This document shows positions 37,791-47,411 of a DNA stretch of 64,000 bases, piece by piece. The stretch spans positions 132,217 through 196,216 of the forward strand of contig JAMCXX010000002.1 in the NCBI GenBank assembly GCA_023474425.1. The letters run 5' to 3'. Below the pieces are notes generated by a model. The model worked only from the letters and a program-made list of their open reading frames with translations. It was not told the DNA's origin and ran no database searches. Every line of letters begins with the position of its first letter. Positions within the stretch are counted from its first letter, which is position 1. Source of the DNA: Patescibacteria group bacterium. GTDB taxonomy: Bacteria > Patescibacteriota > WWE3 > JAMCXX01. The position numbers and the translations under genes were made by a program.

Positions 37791-40727
37791 ATGCCTGTGG
37801 TCCTCATTGCCGGCGGCGCCGGGTTTTTAGGCTCCCACCTGGCCGAGGCCTTGTTGTCCAAAAACTACCGCGTCGTTGTCGTGGATAATTTGGAAACCGG
37901 TAACAAAAACTTTATCGCCCACTTAATCTCCCACCCCCGCTTTTCGTTTCTCGAGCACAACCTTAATTTGGGCCGTCCGGAAAAATTGGAGTCGGTAGAC
38001 TATGTTGTTCACCTGGCCGGGGAAGAAATTCACCTTAACGAATCGGAAAATGTAAACCTTGATTCCCTGCTTACCAATTCCCTATCCACCTACCATCTGC
38101 TCGAACTGGCCAAAGGAAGTAGCGCCAAATTTCTACTCTCCTCATCGCTTAATATATACAAAGGAATTATTTCCTCCGTCGACCTTAAAAATTATTTCGG
38201 CGACGACAGTTTAGAGGAACGCCTTTTCTCCTACAATGAGGCCAAGCGCTACGCCGAAAGCCTGGCTTGGGAATACTACAAAAAATACGCCGTCGACGTT
38301 CGGGTGGTAAGACTGCCCGAGGTTTACGGACCGCGCATGGACTTCCGCTCAACCTCTAATTTAGGCCGTCTTCTACATGATTTAATATTGGGAAACCATC
38401 TGACTGTTTTTGGCGACGGGCTGGACAAAGATTACTATCTCTACGTCAGCGACGCCGTGGAAGGAATACAAAGCGCGCTCATAAAACCCAAGGCCGCCGG
38501 AAAGATTTTCACCTTGGCGGAAGCCCACGGTGTAACTCAACTGGAAACCGCTTATATCGTTAAAGCCTTTGGTGCCCCGTCGGCCCAAATCGAGTTTAAG
38601 CCATCCGGCAATTCAAGCTTTAATCCAGAGTTGCGGGCCGGAGACCTTAAAAACCTCAAGGAAATCGGATTTAAGCCTAAAGTTAAACTGCGCGAAGGAG
38701 TTAAGCTAACCCTTGAATCTTTGGGATTTTCGCCCAAAAATGGGGCGGTCAAGGAAGTTTCGAGTCAAAGCCCCAAACTTCCCAAAATTCCCGAAGGTTT
38801 CTTTAACCAGAAAATTAAAAAAGCAAAAGTTATAGTTTCCCCAGACAACCAAACCGGCCTGTGGCACTACATTAAAAACCACAAAAAGATGTCGGCTTTC
38901 TACCTTCTGGCGGCGACGGTTGTTTTTTTTCTGCCTTTTGTGGTCGTACCGACTTTAACCTCGGTCTTCAACCTAACCCAAGCCTATTTCAACTTTTTAA
39001 AGATCGGTCGTGATCTTAAGAACCTTAATTTCGACGCGGCCGACACAGCCAGTCAAAGCTTATCTCAAAACTTTGCCACGGCCGCCAACTCACTTAGCTC
39101 TCTGCCCATTGGTCTAAAAAAACCCTATGTTCACCTTCTCAATGCTTTGGCAGAAACATCTCAGGCGGCTAACAATGTGATTGTGGCCATAAAACCGGAA
39201 GTCGGTCTCATTAGCAACCTGAATTCTGTAGCACAGGAAAGCAGCGGCAATACCTACCCTTATTTACAGTCGGAGAATTCCTCTTTTCTTCTGTCGAACG
39301 CCTTGGACAATATTTCCCTGGCCGAGGCCGAGCTTAAGGACCCTAGCCTCAACAACCTGCCGGAGGCAGTTAAGAATAAAACCTCATCTTTGAAGGACAA
39401 CTTGGAGTTGGGCAAGAGCTTAGTGCTGCTTCTTCGAGCCGGGGTTACAGCCTGGCCGGATTTGGCCGGTTATTCTAAGCCGCGTCACTATTTGGTGCTT
39501 TTGCAAAACTCCAACGAACTTCGGCCAACCGGAGGTTTCATTGGCGCCATGATTAAACTAACCGTCAACGGCGGCCGGATTTTGCCTCCGGAAGTCGAGG
39601 ATGTTTACAACCTGGACGGCCTAATTGACTCCCAAAACTTAAATATACCCGCCCCCAAAGTTATTAAGGACAACCTTAGCACTCCTAACCTGCACCTGCG
39701 CGATGCCAATTACGATATCTCCTTTCCGAAGAGCGCCGGAACAATCCGGGACCTTTATCAAAAAGTTACCGGTGAGAGCATTGACGGGGTAATTGGCGTG
39801 GATCTGGACTTTGTTAAATCTATCATCGGCGTTTTGGGACCAATCTACATTGCCACCTACAACGAAACGGTTGATGCCGGAAATCTTTTTGAGCGGATTC
39901 AATTCCACGCCGAGGCCGGCTACTCCCCGGGTTCAAGCTCTAAAAAAACTTTCCTTTCCCTACTTTCGCAAAAAGTTTTTGAGGGGCTTTTAAATCTTAA
40001 GAGAGACCAGTATCTAGCCTTGGGTAAAAATCTCTTGACCAATATCGACGAACGCCACCTTTTGGCGGATTTCTTTGTTACGAGCGCCGCCGGCCTTTCC
40101 GACTTCAACCTCTCTGGCGAAATTAGAAACAGCGACGGTGACTACCTTATGATCGTGGACACCAATGTGGGCGCCAACAAGGCCAACTACTATATAAATC
40201 GATCCATAAATTATGAGGTGGAGCGCGGCAACCGCCAGGGAGAAGTTAACTCCACTCTAAGTATTGCTTACAAACACAACGGTACCTCTCAAGCCTGGCC
40301 CGGGGGCACCTACAAAAACTATCTTAGGGTTTTGGTGCCGGCCGGCGCCTCTTTCCTTAAGGCAGAAAAAGTGGACCCAAACGGCAATCAGGAAGATATA
40401 ACCAGCCGGGTAGTTATTGATGAAGAAGGTAATAAGGAAAGTTTCGGTTTCCTTTTTGAATTACCGCCCGGAAACCAAACGACCGTCGTTTTTCACTATG
40501 TCCTGCCGCCGAGCGTCTTTGTTCTCAACGCTTCCAGTTACAACCTTCTTGTCCAGAAACAGCCTGGGACGCAAGCTGACCCAGTAAGAATTAAATTTAT
40601 ACTGCCCTTCTCTGCTAATGTGGAAAGCAGCCTCTCCCAAGGATTTACGAGACAGGGAACCTCCGTAATCTATGAGGGAAATCTAAAGAGGGATTTGGAA
40701 CTGTCAATACCGTTGAGTGAGAAATAA
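37791..40727 (+). CDS. fusion protein: NAD-dependent sugar epimerase/dehydratase (UDP-glucuronate decarboxylase-like) plus DUF4012-like extracytoplasmic domain
   Basis: VLIAGGAGFLGSHL Rossmann motif and YNEAKRYAE (YxxxK). A TM helix near residue 400 is followed by a long C-terminal region with LRPTGGFIG (DUF4012-like). The start is taken at MPVVLIAGG. Confidence 0.68.
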   Translation: MPVVLIAGGAGFLGSHLAEALLSKNYRVVVVDNLETGNKNFIAHLISHPRFSFLEHNLNLGRPEKLESVDYVVHLAGEEIHLNESENVNLDSLLTNSLSTYHLLELAKGSSAKFLLSSSLNIYKGIISSVDLKNYFGDDSLEERLFSYNEAKRYAESLAWEYYKKYAVDVRVVRLPEVYGPRMDFRSTSNLGRLLHDLILGNHLTVFGDGLDKDYYLYVSDAVEGIQSALIKPKAAGKIFTLAEAHGVTQLETAYIVKAFGAPSAQIEFKPSGNSSFNPELRAGDLKNLKEIGFKPKVKLREGVKLTLESLGFSPKNGAVKEVSSQSPKLPKIPEGFFNQKIKKAKVIVSPDNQTGLWHYIKNHKKMSAFYLLAATVVFFLPFVVVPTLTSVFNLTQAYFNFLKIGRDLKNLNFDAADTASQSLSQNFATAANSLSSLPIGLKKPYVHLLNALAETSQAANNVIVAIKPEVGLISNLNSVAQESSGNTYPYLQSENSSFLLSNALDNISLAEAELKDPSLNNLPEAVKNKTSSLKDNLELGKSLVLLLRAGVTAWPDLAGYSKPRHYLVLLQNSNELRPTGGFIGAMIKLTVNGGRILPPEVEDVYNLDGLIDSQNLNIPAPKVIKDNLSTPNLHLRDANYDISFPKSAGTIRDLYQKVTGESIDGVIGVDLDFVKSIIGVLGPIYIATYNETVDAGNLFERIQFHAEAGYSPGSSSKKTFLSLLSQKVFEGLLNLKRDQYLALGKNLLTNIDERHLLADFFVTSAAGLSDFNLSGEIRNSDGDYLMIVDTNVGANKANYYINRSINYEVERGNRQGEVNSTLSIAYKHNGTSQAWPGGTYKNYLRVLVPAGASFLKAEKVDPNGNQEDITSRVVIDEEGNKESFGFLFELPPGNQTTVVFHYVLPPSVFVLNASSYNLLVQKQPGTQADPVRIKFILPFSANVESSLSQGFTRQGTSVIYEGNLKRDLELSIPLSEK

Positions 40728-40736
40728 TCAATTAAT

Positions 40737-41720
40737 TTATGACGCAGTTCCCTGTGTAAAAAGCCGGCGGATAATGTCTTCTATAGGCTCTTCCTCAATA
40801 TTTAAATCCGTCACCTGAAAGTTAGTCAAAAGCTTCACGGCTCTTTCCGAAACCTGCCCCCGGGGAACGTTAACGACCACCCGAGGCGGCTCAAAACTCT
40901 CAATCTGCCCCACCTCGCTTAGGGACTGCCTCGATGGAGTCCCGGAGAGATCGGCCACCAGCCTTTTGTGATCGGCAAATTTTTCTATGATTTCCTGAAG
41001 CTTTCCGTCAAACATGAGTCTGCCCTTGTCAATGACCACTACCCGCTCGCAAAGCTCCTTAACGTCGTCCATGTAGTGGGAAGTAAGAATTATTGTTGAT
41101 TTGTAACGCCGGTTGTATTCCCTAATAAAATCCCGCATCTTTTTTTGCATAACTACATCCAAACCAATAGTTGGCTCGTCAAGAAACAAAATTTTGGGAC
41201 GGTGGATGAGGGCGGCAATTAATTCGCACTTCATACGCTGACCCAAAGAAAGCTTGCGAACCTGAATTTTGAGCACATCGGCCACCTCCAGCATTTCCAC
41301 GAGTTCCTCGAGAGTATTTTTGTACTGGTCGTCAGGGACCTCGTAAATTTCTTTGTTAAGAATAAAAGTTTCCAGGGGCGGTAAGTCCCACCAGAGCTGA
41401 TTCTTCTGTCCCATGACCAAGCTAAACTGTTTCTGAAATTCCGGATCGCGCCGGTAAGGGTTGTGTGAAAGAACGGAAACCGAACCGCCAGTTGGGTATA
41501 AAAGTCCTGAAAGAACTTTGAGGGTTGTGGTTTTGCCGGCGCCGTTAGGGCCAATAAAACCGACGAGCTCTCCTTCGTCAATTTTAAAAGAAATATCGTC
41601 CACCGCTTTGACATCGTAGTACTTGCGATTAACCAAAGATTTAATGGAGCCCCAAAGCCCCGGTTCCTTCTCATGGACCTGGTAATATTTTTTAAGATTG
41701 GCAACTTCTATAACGGACAT
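40737..41720 (-). CDS. ABC transporter ATP-binding protein
   Basis: Walker A GPNGAGKTT, signature LSLGQRM and Walker B ILFLDEPT. Confidence 0.9.
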   Translation of the reverse strand: MSVIEVANLKKYYQVHEKEPGLWGSIKSLVNRKYYDVKAVDDISFKIDEGELVGFIGPNGAGKTTTLKVLSGLLYPTGGSVSVLSHNPYRRDPEFQKQFSLVMGQKNQLWWDLPPLETFILNKEIYEVPDDQYKNTLEELVEMLEVADVLKIQVRKLSLGQRMKCELIAALIHRPKILFLDEPTIGLDVVMQKKMRDFIREYNRRYKSTIILTSHYMDDVKELCERVVVIDKGRLMFDGKLQEIIEKFADHKRLVADLSGTPSRQSLSEVGQIESFEPPRVVVNVPRGQVSERAVKLLTNFQVTDLNIEEEPIEDIIRRLFTQGTAS

Positions 41721-41734
41721 AATCGAAGTATACC

Positions 41735-42529
41735 CTATCCGCTGGCACTCGAGTAATAACGCAGACTAAAATTCCAGAATTTTACGGCCAAATACAAATT
41801 AAGCAGAGCAAAAATCGGCGCCGTAACTAACAAAATTGGGTTAAGCTTTCCCAGTAAAGTTTTGGCAGGCAGGGTTACAAAAAAAGCCAGCGGCACAATA
41901 TAGGTAAAAATAAACTGGACTTTGGGAGAATAAATATCCAAGGGAATCCGAGTCATCTGCAAAAAGTTTTTGTAGATATCTTCATGATGAATGTTAGTCA
42001 GGTAGAAAGTGCTTGTCATAATCATTAGGTAATTGGCCAAAAGGATGACCGCGGCCGCGGCGATCATAAGTAGAAAAGCCGAAAGGTAAACGGGGTTAAA
42101 CGCCCAGTTAAGGTGTTTAAGGGAATAAGCGATCAGAATTACGGCCAGAAGTATCTGCGAAAGGTCATCAAAATCAAGTTTACTGGCGATTACCTGAAAG
42201 AGGCTTCCCACCGGCCGCAAAAGAACTCCGTCAAACGTTCCACGCCGCACATAGCGCGGCAGGCGGTCCAAGCCCTTGCGCACGGTAAACTCAAAAAAAC
42301 CTTTAATTAAAAGATAAACTCCGAGCAAAGTTAAAAGCTCGTACTGGCTCCAACCGCCAATTTCCCTGGCCCGCAAATAAATAATGTTAAAAAAGATTAG
42401 GGTGCTGATAAACGAAAACAGTGTGTTTAAAAGCGACGCCGCAAAATTAAACCGGTATTCCAAATCGGTCATGTATGCCCGGCTTATGGAAAGCCAATAA
42501 ATTTTTAAATATCTTTTTAAGCTCTTCAT
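41735..42529 (-). CDS. ABC-2-type transporter permease
   Basis: 264 aa with about 6 TM helices, in an operon with the ATPase. Confidence 0.6.
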   Translation of the reverse strand: MKSLKRYLKIYWLSISRAYMTDLEYRFNFAASLLNTLFSFISTLIFFNIIYLRAREIGGWSQYELLTLLGVYLLIKGFFEFTVRKGLDRLPRYVRRGTFDGVLLRPVGSLFQVIASKLDFDDLSQILLAVILIAYSLKHLNWAFNPVYLSAFLLMIAAAAVILLANYLMIMTSTFYLTNIHHEDIYKNFLQMTRIPLDIYSPKVQFIFTYIVPLAFFVTLPAKTLLGKLNPILLVTAPIFALLNLYLAVKFWNFSLRYYSSASG

Positions 42530-42580
42530 GCTCTTAATTCCTATTCGATAAGATTCGCTACCACCAACGGGTTCGTTAAT

Positions 42581-43384
42581 CTAAACGCCGACGGCCTCAT
42601 ATTTCTTAATTCCCCGTCTAAAAAAAGGTTTAAAAACAATGGCGAAAAACAAAATCCAGGCAAAACCTGCAACAAATCCGTAAAAAAGACTTATACCTTC
42701 CACCTGGCCAAGTGCGATTTCCAGAGGAAAAGAAACAAAGAACCTGAAGGGCAAAACCCTGGCCAGAGCCAAAAGTTGCGGCGGCAGAACCGAGAACGGA
42801 ATAATAGAACCGGAAAAAATACCGGAAAGGGCGCCAAACAAACCGCTGACGCCGTAGACATCCAAAAGCCAAAAAGTGGTAACGCCCAAAACGTTTTCGT
42901 ACCAAAAACGGGTAATGAGCCCCAAAAGCACGGCCAGGAAAAAAAGGAACCAAACGGCTGGATTTTCAGTCAGGCGAATTTCGCTCCTAAAAAATAAAAA
43001 GACAACTACCATAACCGGCAGAAGGGTTAGAAGCCGGATTGACTGGCGGGCAAAATTTTCGGCTAAATCAAAATTGAGGTAGGCAAAAGGCTTAAGCAGA
43101 AAGTTGGTGAACTCTCCGCCGCGCACCTTCTCCTCCATGTTGTCCCACGACCACACCTGAGTCAGCCTCGAAACGGGTACGGAGAGCAGAAAATAGGTTA
43201 CAATCTGCGGAGCACTCATGGGAAACCCTGTACTGTTTTTGGCCGTGACCAGCCACAAAACCATAATGAAAAGTGTACCAACAAGCCCGTTAACCACCCA
43301 GGTTATGGAGGCAACCCGATACTCCAGCTCCTCCTGCCACCAGGCTTTATAGACGGCAATAAATTTTCTAAAGAACCTCGGCAT
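42581..43384 (-). CDS. ABC-2-type transporter permease
   Basis: About 6 TM helices, in the same operon. The start is taken at MPRFFRKF. Confidence 0.58.
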   Translation of the reverse strand: MPRFFRKFIAVYKAWWQEELEYRVASITWVVNGLVGTLFIMVLWLVTAKNSTGFPMSAPQIVTYFLLSVPVSRLTQVWSWDNMEEKVRGGEFTNFLLKPFAYLNFDLAENFARQSIRLLTLLPVMVVVFLFFRSEIRLTENPAVWFLFFLAVLLGLITRFWYENVLGVTTFWLLDVYGVSGLFGALSGIFSGSIIPFSVLPPQLLALARVLPFRFFVSFPLEIALGQVEGISLFYGFVAGFAWILFFAIVFKPFFRRGIKKYEAVGV

Positions 43385-43413
43385 CCAATCATTATCCGCT
43401 TTTAAGGCCGTGG

Positions 43414-43442
43414 TTGACAATAAAGGCTTGGGTTTATAGACT
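43414..43442 (+). promoter_or_regulatory. sigma70-like promoter candidate for rplY (TTGACA-17 nt-TAGACT)
   Basis: -35 at 43414-19 and -10 at 43437-42. Confidence 0.4.
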
Positions 43443-43549
43443 ATATGAGGCAACGTAGCAGATCTCCCAAGCAGATTTGGAACGCAGATATTGTCTTCCT
43501 CTCGATCAGCGTTCGAGATTGGCGTGAGAAATCTGCTGTATTTTTACCT

Positions 43550-44263
43550 ATGTTATTGAAGGCGGCTAAAAGAGAAAAAGTCGGGCACGGCCTTAAATCC
43601 CAAAGAGATTCGGGAATAATTCCGGCGGTGGTCTACGGAAAGAGTTTTGACAATCTTCACATCAACTTGGAGCTTGGGACGTTTAAAAAAATTTTTTCCG
43701 AGGCCGGCCATTCTTCGGTGATTGACCTTAAGATTGACAACGACCAAGAACCGCTTAAGGTTTTAGTAGCCGATGTTCAGCGGGAACCTTTAAGCAACGA
43801 GATTATTCACGCCGATTTTCACAAAGTCGACCTAGGCCAGAAAGTTTCTACGGAAGTACCGGTTAAAATCACCGGTGAGTCTCCGGCCGTTAAAAGCGGC
43901 GAGGCTATTCTTTTAACTCTTCTGCCGGAGATTGAAGTGGAAGCTCTGCCCCTCGACCTGCCGCACGAAATTACCCTGGACATTACAGGTCTTGAAAAAA
44001 TCGGCGAGGGTGTTGCCGTTAAAGATCTGCCCATTGATCACACCAAGGTTAGAGTTAAAGAGCATCAGCCAGACGACCTGGTGGTTAAACTCGACTACGC
44101 CGTGCAGATTGAAAAGGAAGAAGAAACCAAAGGTGTGGAAGAGGTGGAGGTCTTGACCGAAAAGAAAGAGGACGAAGAAGGTGCCGGTGCGGAAACCGAG
44201 ACCGGCCAGAATGAGCCGCCGGCGAAGAAAGAAGAAGAGCCTAAGGCCAAGGAAAAAAAGTAG
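43550..44263 (+). CDS. rplY: 50S ribosomal protein L25/general stress protein Ctc with an acidic/Lys-rich tail
   Basis: LKAAKREKVGHG..R..G.IPAVVYG N-terminal motif and a Ctc-type second domain. The start is taken at MLLKAAK. Confidence 0.85.
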   Translation: MLLKAAKREKVGHGLKSQRDSGIIPAVVYGKSFDNLHINLELGTFKKIFSEAGHSSVIDLKIDNDQEPLKVLVADVQREPLSNEIIHADFHKVDLGQKVSTEVPVKITGESPAVKSGEAILLTLLPEIEVEALPLDLPHEITLDITGLEKIGEGVAVKDLPIDHTKVRVKEHQPDDLVVKLDYAVQIEKEEETKGVEEVEVLTEKKEDEEGAGAETETGQNEPPAKKEEEPKAKEKK

Positions 44264-44413
44264 GTTGAACTCAAAAGATAATTTAGGTTAAAATTAATAC
44301 ATGCCCGGTGTGTTTCCCCAAAGGAATACCCGAAATTGTTTTAAATCCCCCGTTTTTACTTCTCTAAATTTATTTCCAACAACGATTAAATTCCACAAAG
44401 GGGGTGAGAAAAA

Positions 44414-44629
44414 ATGAGCAAACTTTTACACATGGTCGCTTTTGTTTTGGTGATTGTGGGCGCTCTGAATTGGGGCTTGGTGGGGCTTTTTAATTTCAAC
44501 CTGGTCATGGCCCTTCTTGGCACCTGGCCTACGGTTGAAGCCCTAGTCTACATTTTGGTTGGCCTCTCGGCGCTTTATCTTGTGGCTACCCACATGAACG
44601 ACTGCAAAACCTGCGGCAAGCCGGCATAA
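44414..44629 (+). CDS. DUF378-family small membrane protein
   Basis: 71 aa with GALNWGLVG and two TM helices. SD GGGGTGAG lies upstream. Confidence 0.7.
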   Translation: MSKLLHMVAFVLVIVGALNWGLVGLFNFNLVMALLGTWPTVEALVYILVGLSALYLVATHMNDCKTCGKPA

Positions 44630-44798
44630 AAAAATAAAATTTGAGTTGTTGCAGTATTTTATACTTACGGTTTCACAATAACCGTCTACAGGCGGTGTGT
44701 TTTAGGTCAAAAAATTGATTGGAACGAAACCGGCGAAGGACTAAAAATCCATCAGCTCCCCAATGTCTTCGACGACCTTTACCCGAATAATTAACCGA

Positions 44799-47099
44799 CT
44801 ATTTCTCAACTTCCGGCCATTTGGAAATAATCAGCGGCTCGTTGTGCTTCCTTGACATCTGCTGCCAGATGGCTTCGGTGACAAACGGCATAAAGGGATG
44901 AAGCAGCTTCAAGCAGGTCAGGATGGTATGTCGTAAGAGTGACAAACATACAGCTTTTTCCTCGTCCGTCTGGGACTGTTCGAGTCTCGATTTACAATTC
45001 TCAATATATTTGTCCGCAACCTCGTGCCAGACAAACTGGTAAATCTCCTCCCCCGCCCGGGCAAATTTAAAGTTCTCCAAAGATCGGTCAACTTTCCTCA
45101 CTAGAAGATTTAAACTTTTAATAATTTTACGGTCCTCGGTCGTCAAACTCTTTGTCGTCTCTTTAGAATAGAATGGAATATCTTTACCTAATTTTTCACA
45201 CTCACTCAAAAAAAAGCGGGCGATATTCCAGACTTTGTTGCCGAAATTTCTAAAGGCAATAACTTTGTCGCGGGGGAAATTAAAATCCCTGCCGTTGGCC
45301 GTGCCCGAAATAAGCCCCATTCTTAAAGCATCGGCGCCAAACTCCTTTAAATAATCGTCGGGCTCAATTACATTGCCCAAGCTCTTGCTCATCTTGCGCC
45401 CATCAAGGGCCCTTACTATTCCGTGCAGGTAAACGTATTCAAAAGGAGGCTTTCCGGTCAAATAGAGGCCGAACATGATCATCCGCGAAACCCACTTGGG
45501 CAAAATTTCCCACCCCGTTTCCAAAACGGAAGTCGGATAAAAATATTTAAAGTCAGCCGAATTAGGATAGCCCAGAGTTGTGAGCGGCCACTGCCCCGAA
45601 GAAAACCAAGTGTCAAAAGTCTCGGTTGTCTGCAAAAATTTCTCTCCGGGTTTGTTATCGGAAATAACGTAACAACAGTCCTTGGGAGCCGTAAGGGTTT
45701 GCAATCCGGACTCAATTTCGGCAAAGGAATAATTTTTCATAATCTCCCCGACCCGACCGGAGACAGGAACTTTTTCTTGGCTAAGAAACGAGATCTCAAT
45801 TTGGGGATTTTTTGAAACATCGTACCAGGCCGGAATCCGAATGCCCCACACATTCTGGCGGCTAATAGCCCAGTCGTGCATAACCTCCATCCAACGGGTA
45901 TAGGTAATCTTTCGCCACTTTGGATAAATTTTGACTTTATCACTGTCAACAGCCTTAGCCGCCGATTTTTTTAACGTCTCAACCTTTATGAACCAGTTGG
46001 GAAGAATTGTAGGCTCTATGTCGTGGCCGGCTTTGCAAACCGGAACCAGATGTTCATAATTTTCGTCCGTCTTAACCAAAAGCCACTCACCTTTCAAATC
46101 TTCGACCATAAGTCTTCTGGCCTCAATCACTTTCTTGCCGTGATACTTTTGGGCTCTTTCCCTGTATTTTTCCGAAACATCCTTCCGACTCAAGTACCAG
46201 GAAAGGTCCATACGCCCGGAAAGGTCAATAACAGGTGTAACGGGCAGGTTGAATTTTTTGCCCAGCTCAAAATCGTGGGGGTCGTGGGCCGGAGTGACCT
46301 TCATAATTCCGGTACCAAACTTCGGGTCAACCTTAGGGTCAGGGATTACCGTCATACTCACACTTCCCAGAAGCCCCGGAATCTCCAAAGTCTGCCCAAT
46401 ATACTTTTTGTACCTTGCGTCTTTGGGATTTACGGCCAAGGCCGTGTCCCTAAATTTCGTTTCCGGCCGCACTGTGGCAATGGTAAAAGGACCGTATTTC
46501 ATAAAATAAAGCGGGTCCCGCCGCGCCTTGTGCTCAACCTCTATATCCGCATAGGTTGTGCCGCAGGAAGGACAGTAGTTAACAATGTAGTCGTCTCGGT
46601 ACACCAAATTACTCGCGGCCAGTTTGGAAAAAGTGCTCCTGACAACGGCCACGGCGTCAGGATCGAGGGTAAACTTGTACCGGCTCCAGTCGACGCTGGC
46701 ACCCATTTGCTTGATTTGGCCCTCAATTAACCCTTTATTTTTTTGCACAAAGTCCCAGATCAGCTGATACAGGCTTGCGCGGTCGAACTGGAAACGCGAT
46801 TTACCTTCTTTTTTTAATTCTCTTTCGAAAGTGATTTGCGTCTCCGTACCGGCGTGGTCGGTGCCGGGAAGCCACAGGGCAGGCTCCCCTCTCATTCGGT
46901 GCCAGCGGATTAGTAGATCTTCGATGGCAATCATTAAAACGTTGCCGGTGTGCATCTTGCCGCTGGCGTTGGGCGGGGGCAAAAGTACGGTAAAGGGCTT
47001 TTTACCTTCCTCTATTTTGGGGGTAAAATAACCCCCTTCCTCCCACATCCTGTAGATCTTTTCCTCAACTTCAGCTGGTTTAAAAATTTTGTCCATCAT
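44799..47099 (-). CDS. valS: valine--tRNA ligase (short form)
   Basis: PPPNASGKMHTGNV (HIGH-type), WLPGTDHAGTETQ and KMSKSLGN motifs. Confidence 0.88.
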   Translation of the reverse strand: MMDKIFKPAEVEEKIYRMWEEGGYFTPKIEEGKKPFTVLLPPPNASGKMHTGNVLMIAIEDLLIRWHRMRGEPALWLPGTDHAGTETQITFERELKKEGKSRFQFDRASLYQLIWDFVQKNKGLIEGQIKQMGASVDWSRYKFTLDPDAVAVVRSTFSKLAASNLVYRDDYIVNYCPSCGTTYADIEVEHKARRDPLYFMKYGPFTIATVRPETKFRDTALAVNPKDARYKKYIGQTLEIPGLLGSVSMTVIPDPKVDPKFGTGIMKVTPAHDPHDFELGKKFNLPVTPVIDLSGRMDLSWYLSRKDVSEKYRERAQKYHGKKVIEARRLMVEDLKGEWLLVKTDENYEHLVPVCKAGHDIEPTILPNWFIKVETLKKSAAKAVDSDKVKIYPKWRKITYTRWMEVMHDWAISRQNVWGIRIPAWYDVSKNPQIEISFLSQEKVPVSGRVGEIMKNYSFAEIESGLQTLTAPKDCCYVISDNKPGEKFLQTTETFDTWFSSGQWPLTTLGYPNSADFKYFYPTSVLETGWEILPKWVSRMIMFGLYLTGKPPFEYVYLHGIVRALDGRKMSKSLGNVIEPDDYLKEFGADALRMGLISGTANGRDFNFPRDKVIAFRNFGNKVWNIARFFLSECEKLGKDIPFYSKETTKSLTTEDRKIIKSLNLLVRKVDRSLENFKFARAGEEIYQFVWHEVADKYIENCKSRLEQSQTDEEKAVCLSLLRHTILTCLKLLHPFMPFVTEAIWQQMSRKHNEPLIISKWPEVEK

Positions 47100-47224
47100 A
47101 GAAACACCACAAATTTGCCTGTGAAGGTTGGGCTTCAACACAAATCTGCAAAAACCATCAAGACCTAAGTAACCCTAATTATAGGTATAAAGTTGGAATA
47201 TCGCGAATTTCCTTATACATGTAT

Positions 47225-47374
47225 TTCCCGCAAATATTTATTCGTATTCCCCGCAATGAATTGCTTGTAATTACGGCCCTAATAATCCTTTGGTATTTAT
47301 TTTCCGCAAATAAGCTGGGGACTGTTTACCGATGTGTCATTAATTCCCGCATATTTCCCGATTTATTCCCGCAA
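47225..47374. repeat. array of six TTCCCGCA(A)-type motifs upstream of valS
   Basis: Copies lie at about 47225, 47247, 47302, 47344, 47354 (variant) and 47366. Spacings between CG anchors are 23, 53, 43, 11 and 11 nt. Confidence 0.7.
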
Positions 47375-47411
47375 GGATTTATCGCATCAAACCAACAAAA
47401 ATAGGCTATTT

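Noticed and set aside
41231-41704. 157-aa alternative-frame ORF within the ABC ATPase gene
   Set aside because: It is on the same strand but out of frame with a CDS that carries complete Walker A, signature and Walker B motifs.
46023-46730. 235-aa plus-strand ORF opposite valS
   Set aside because: It lies entirely within the well-supported valS CDS on the other strand. The sequence is low-complexity and Arg/Gly/Pro-rich.
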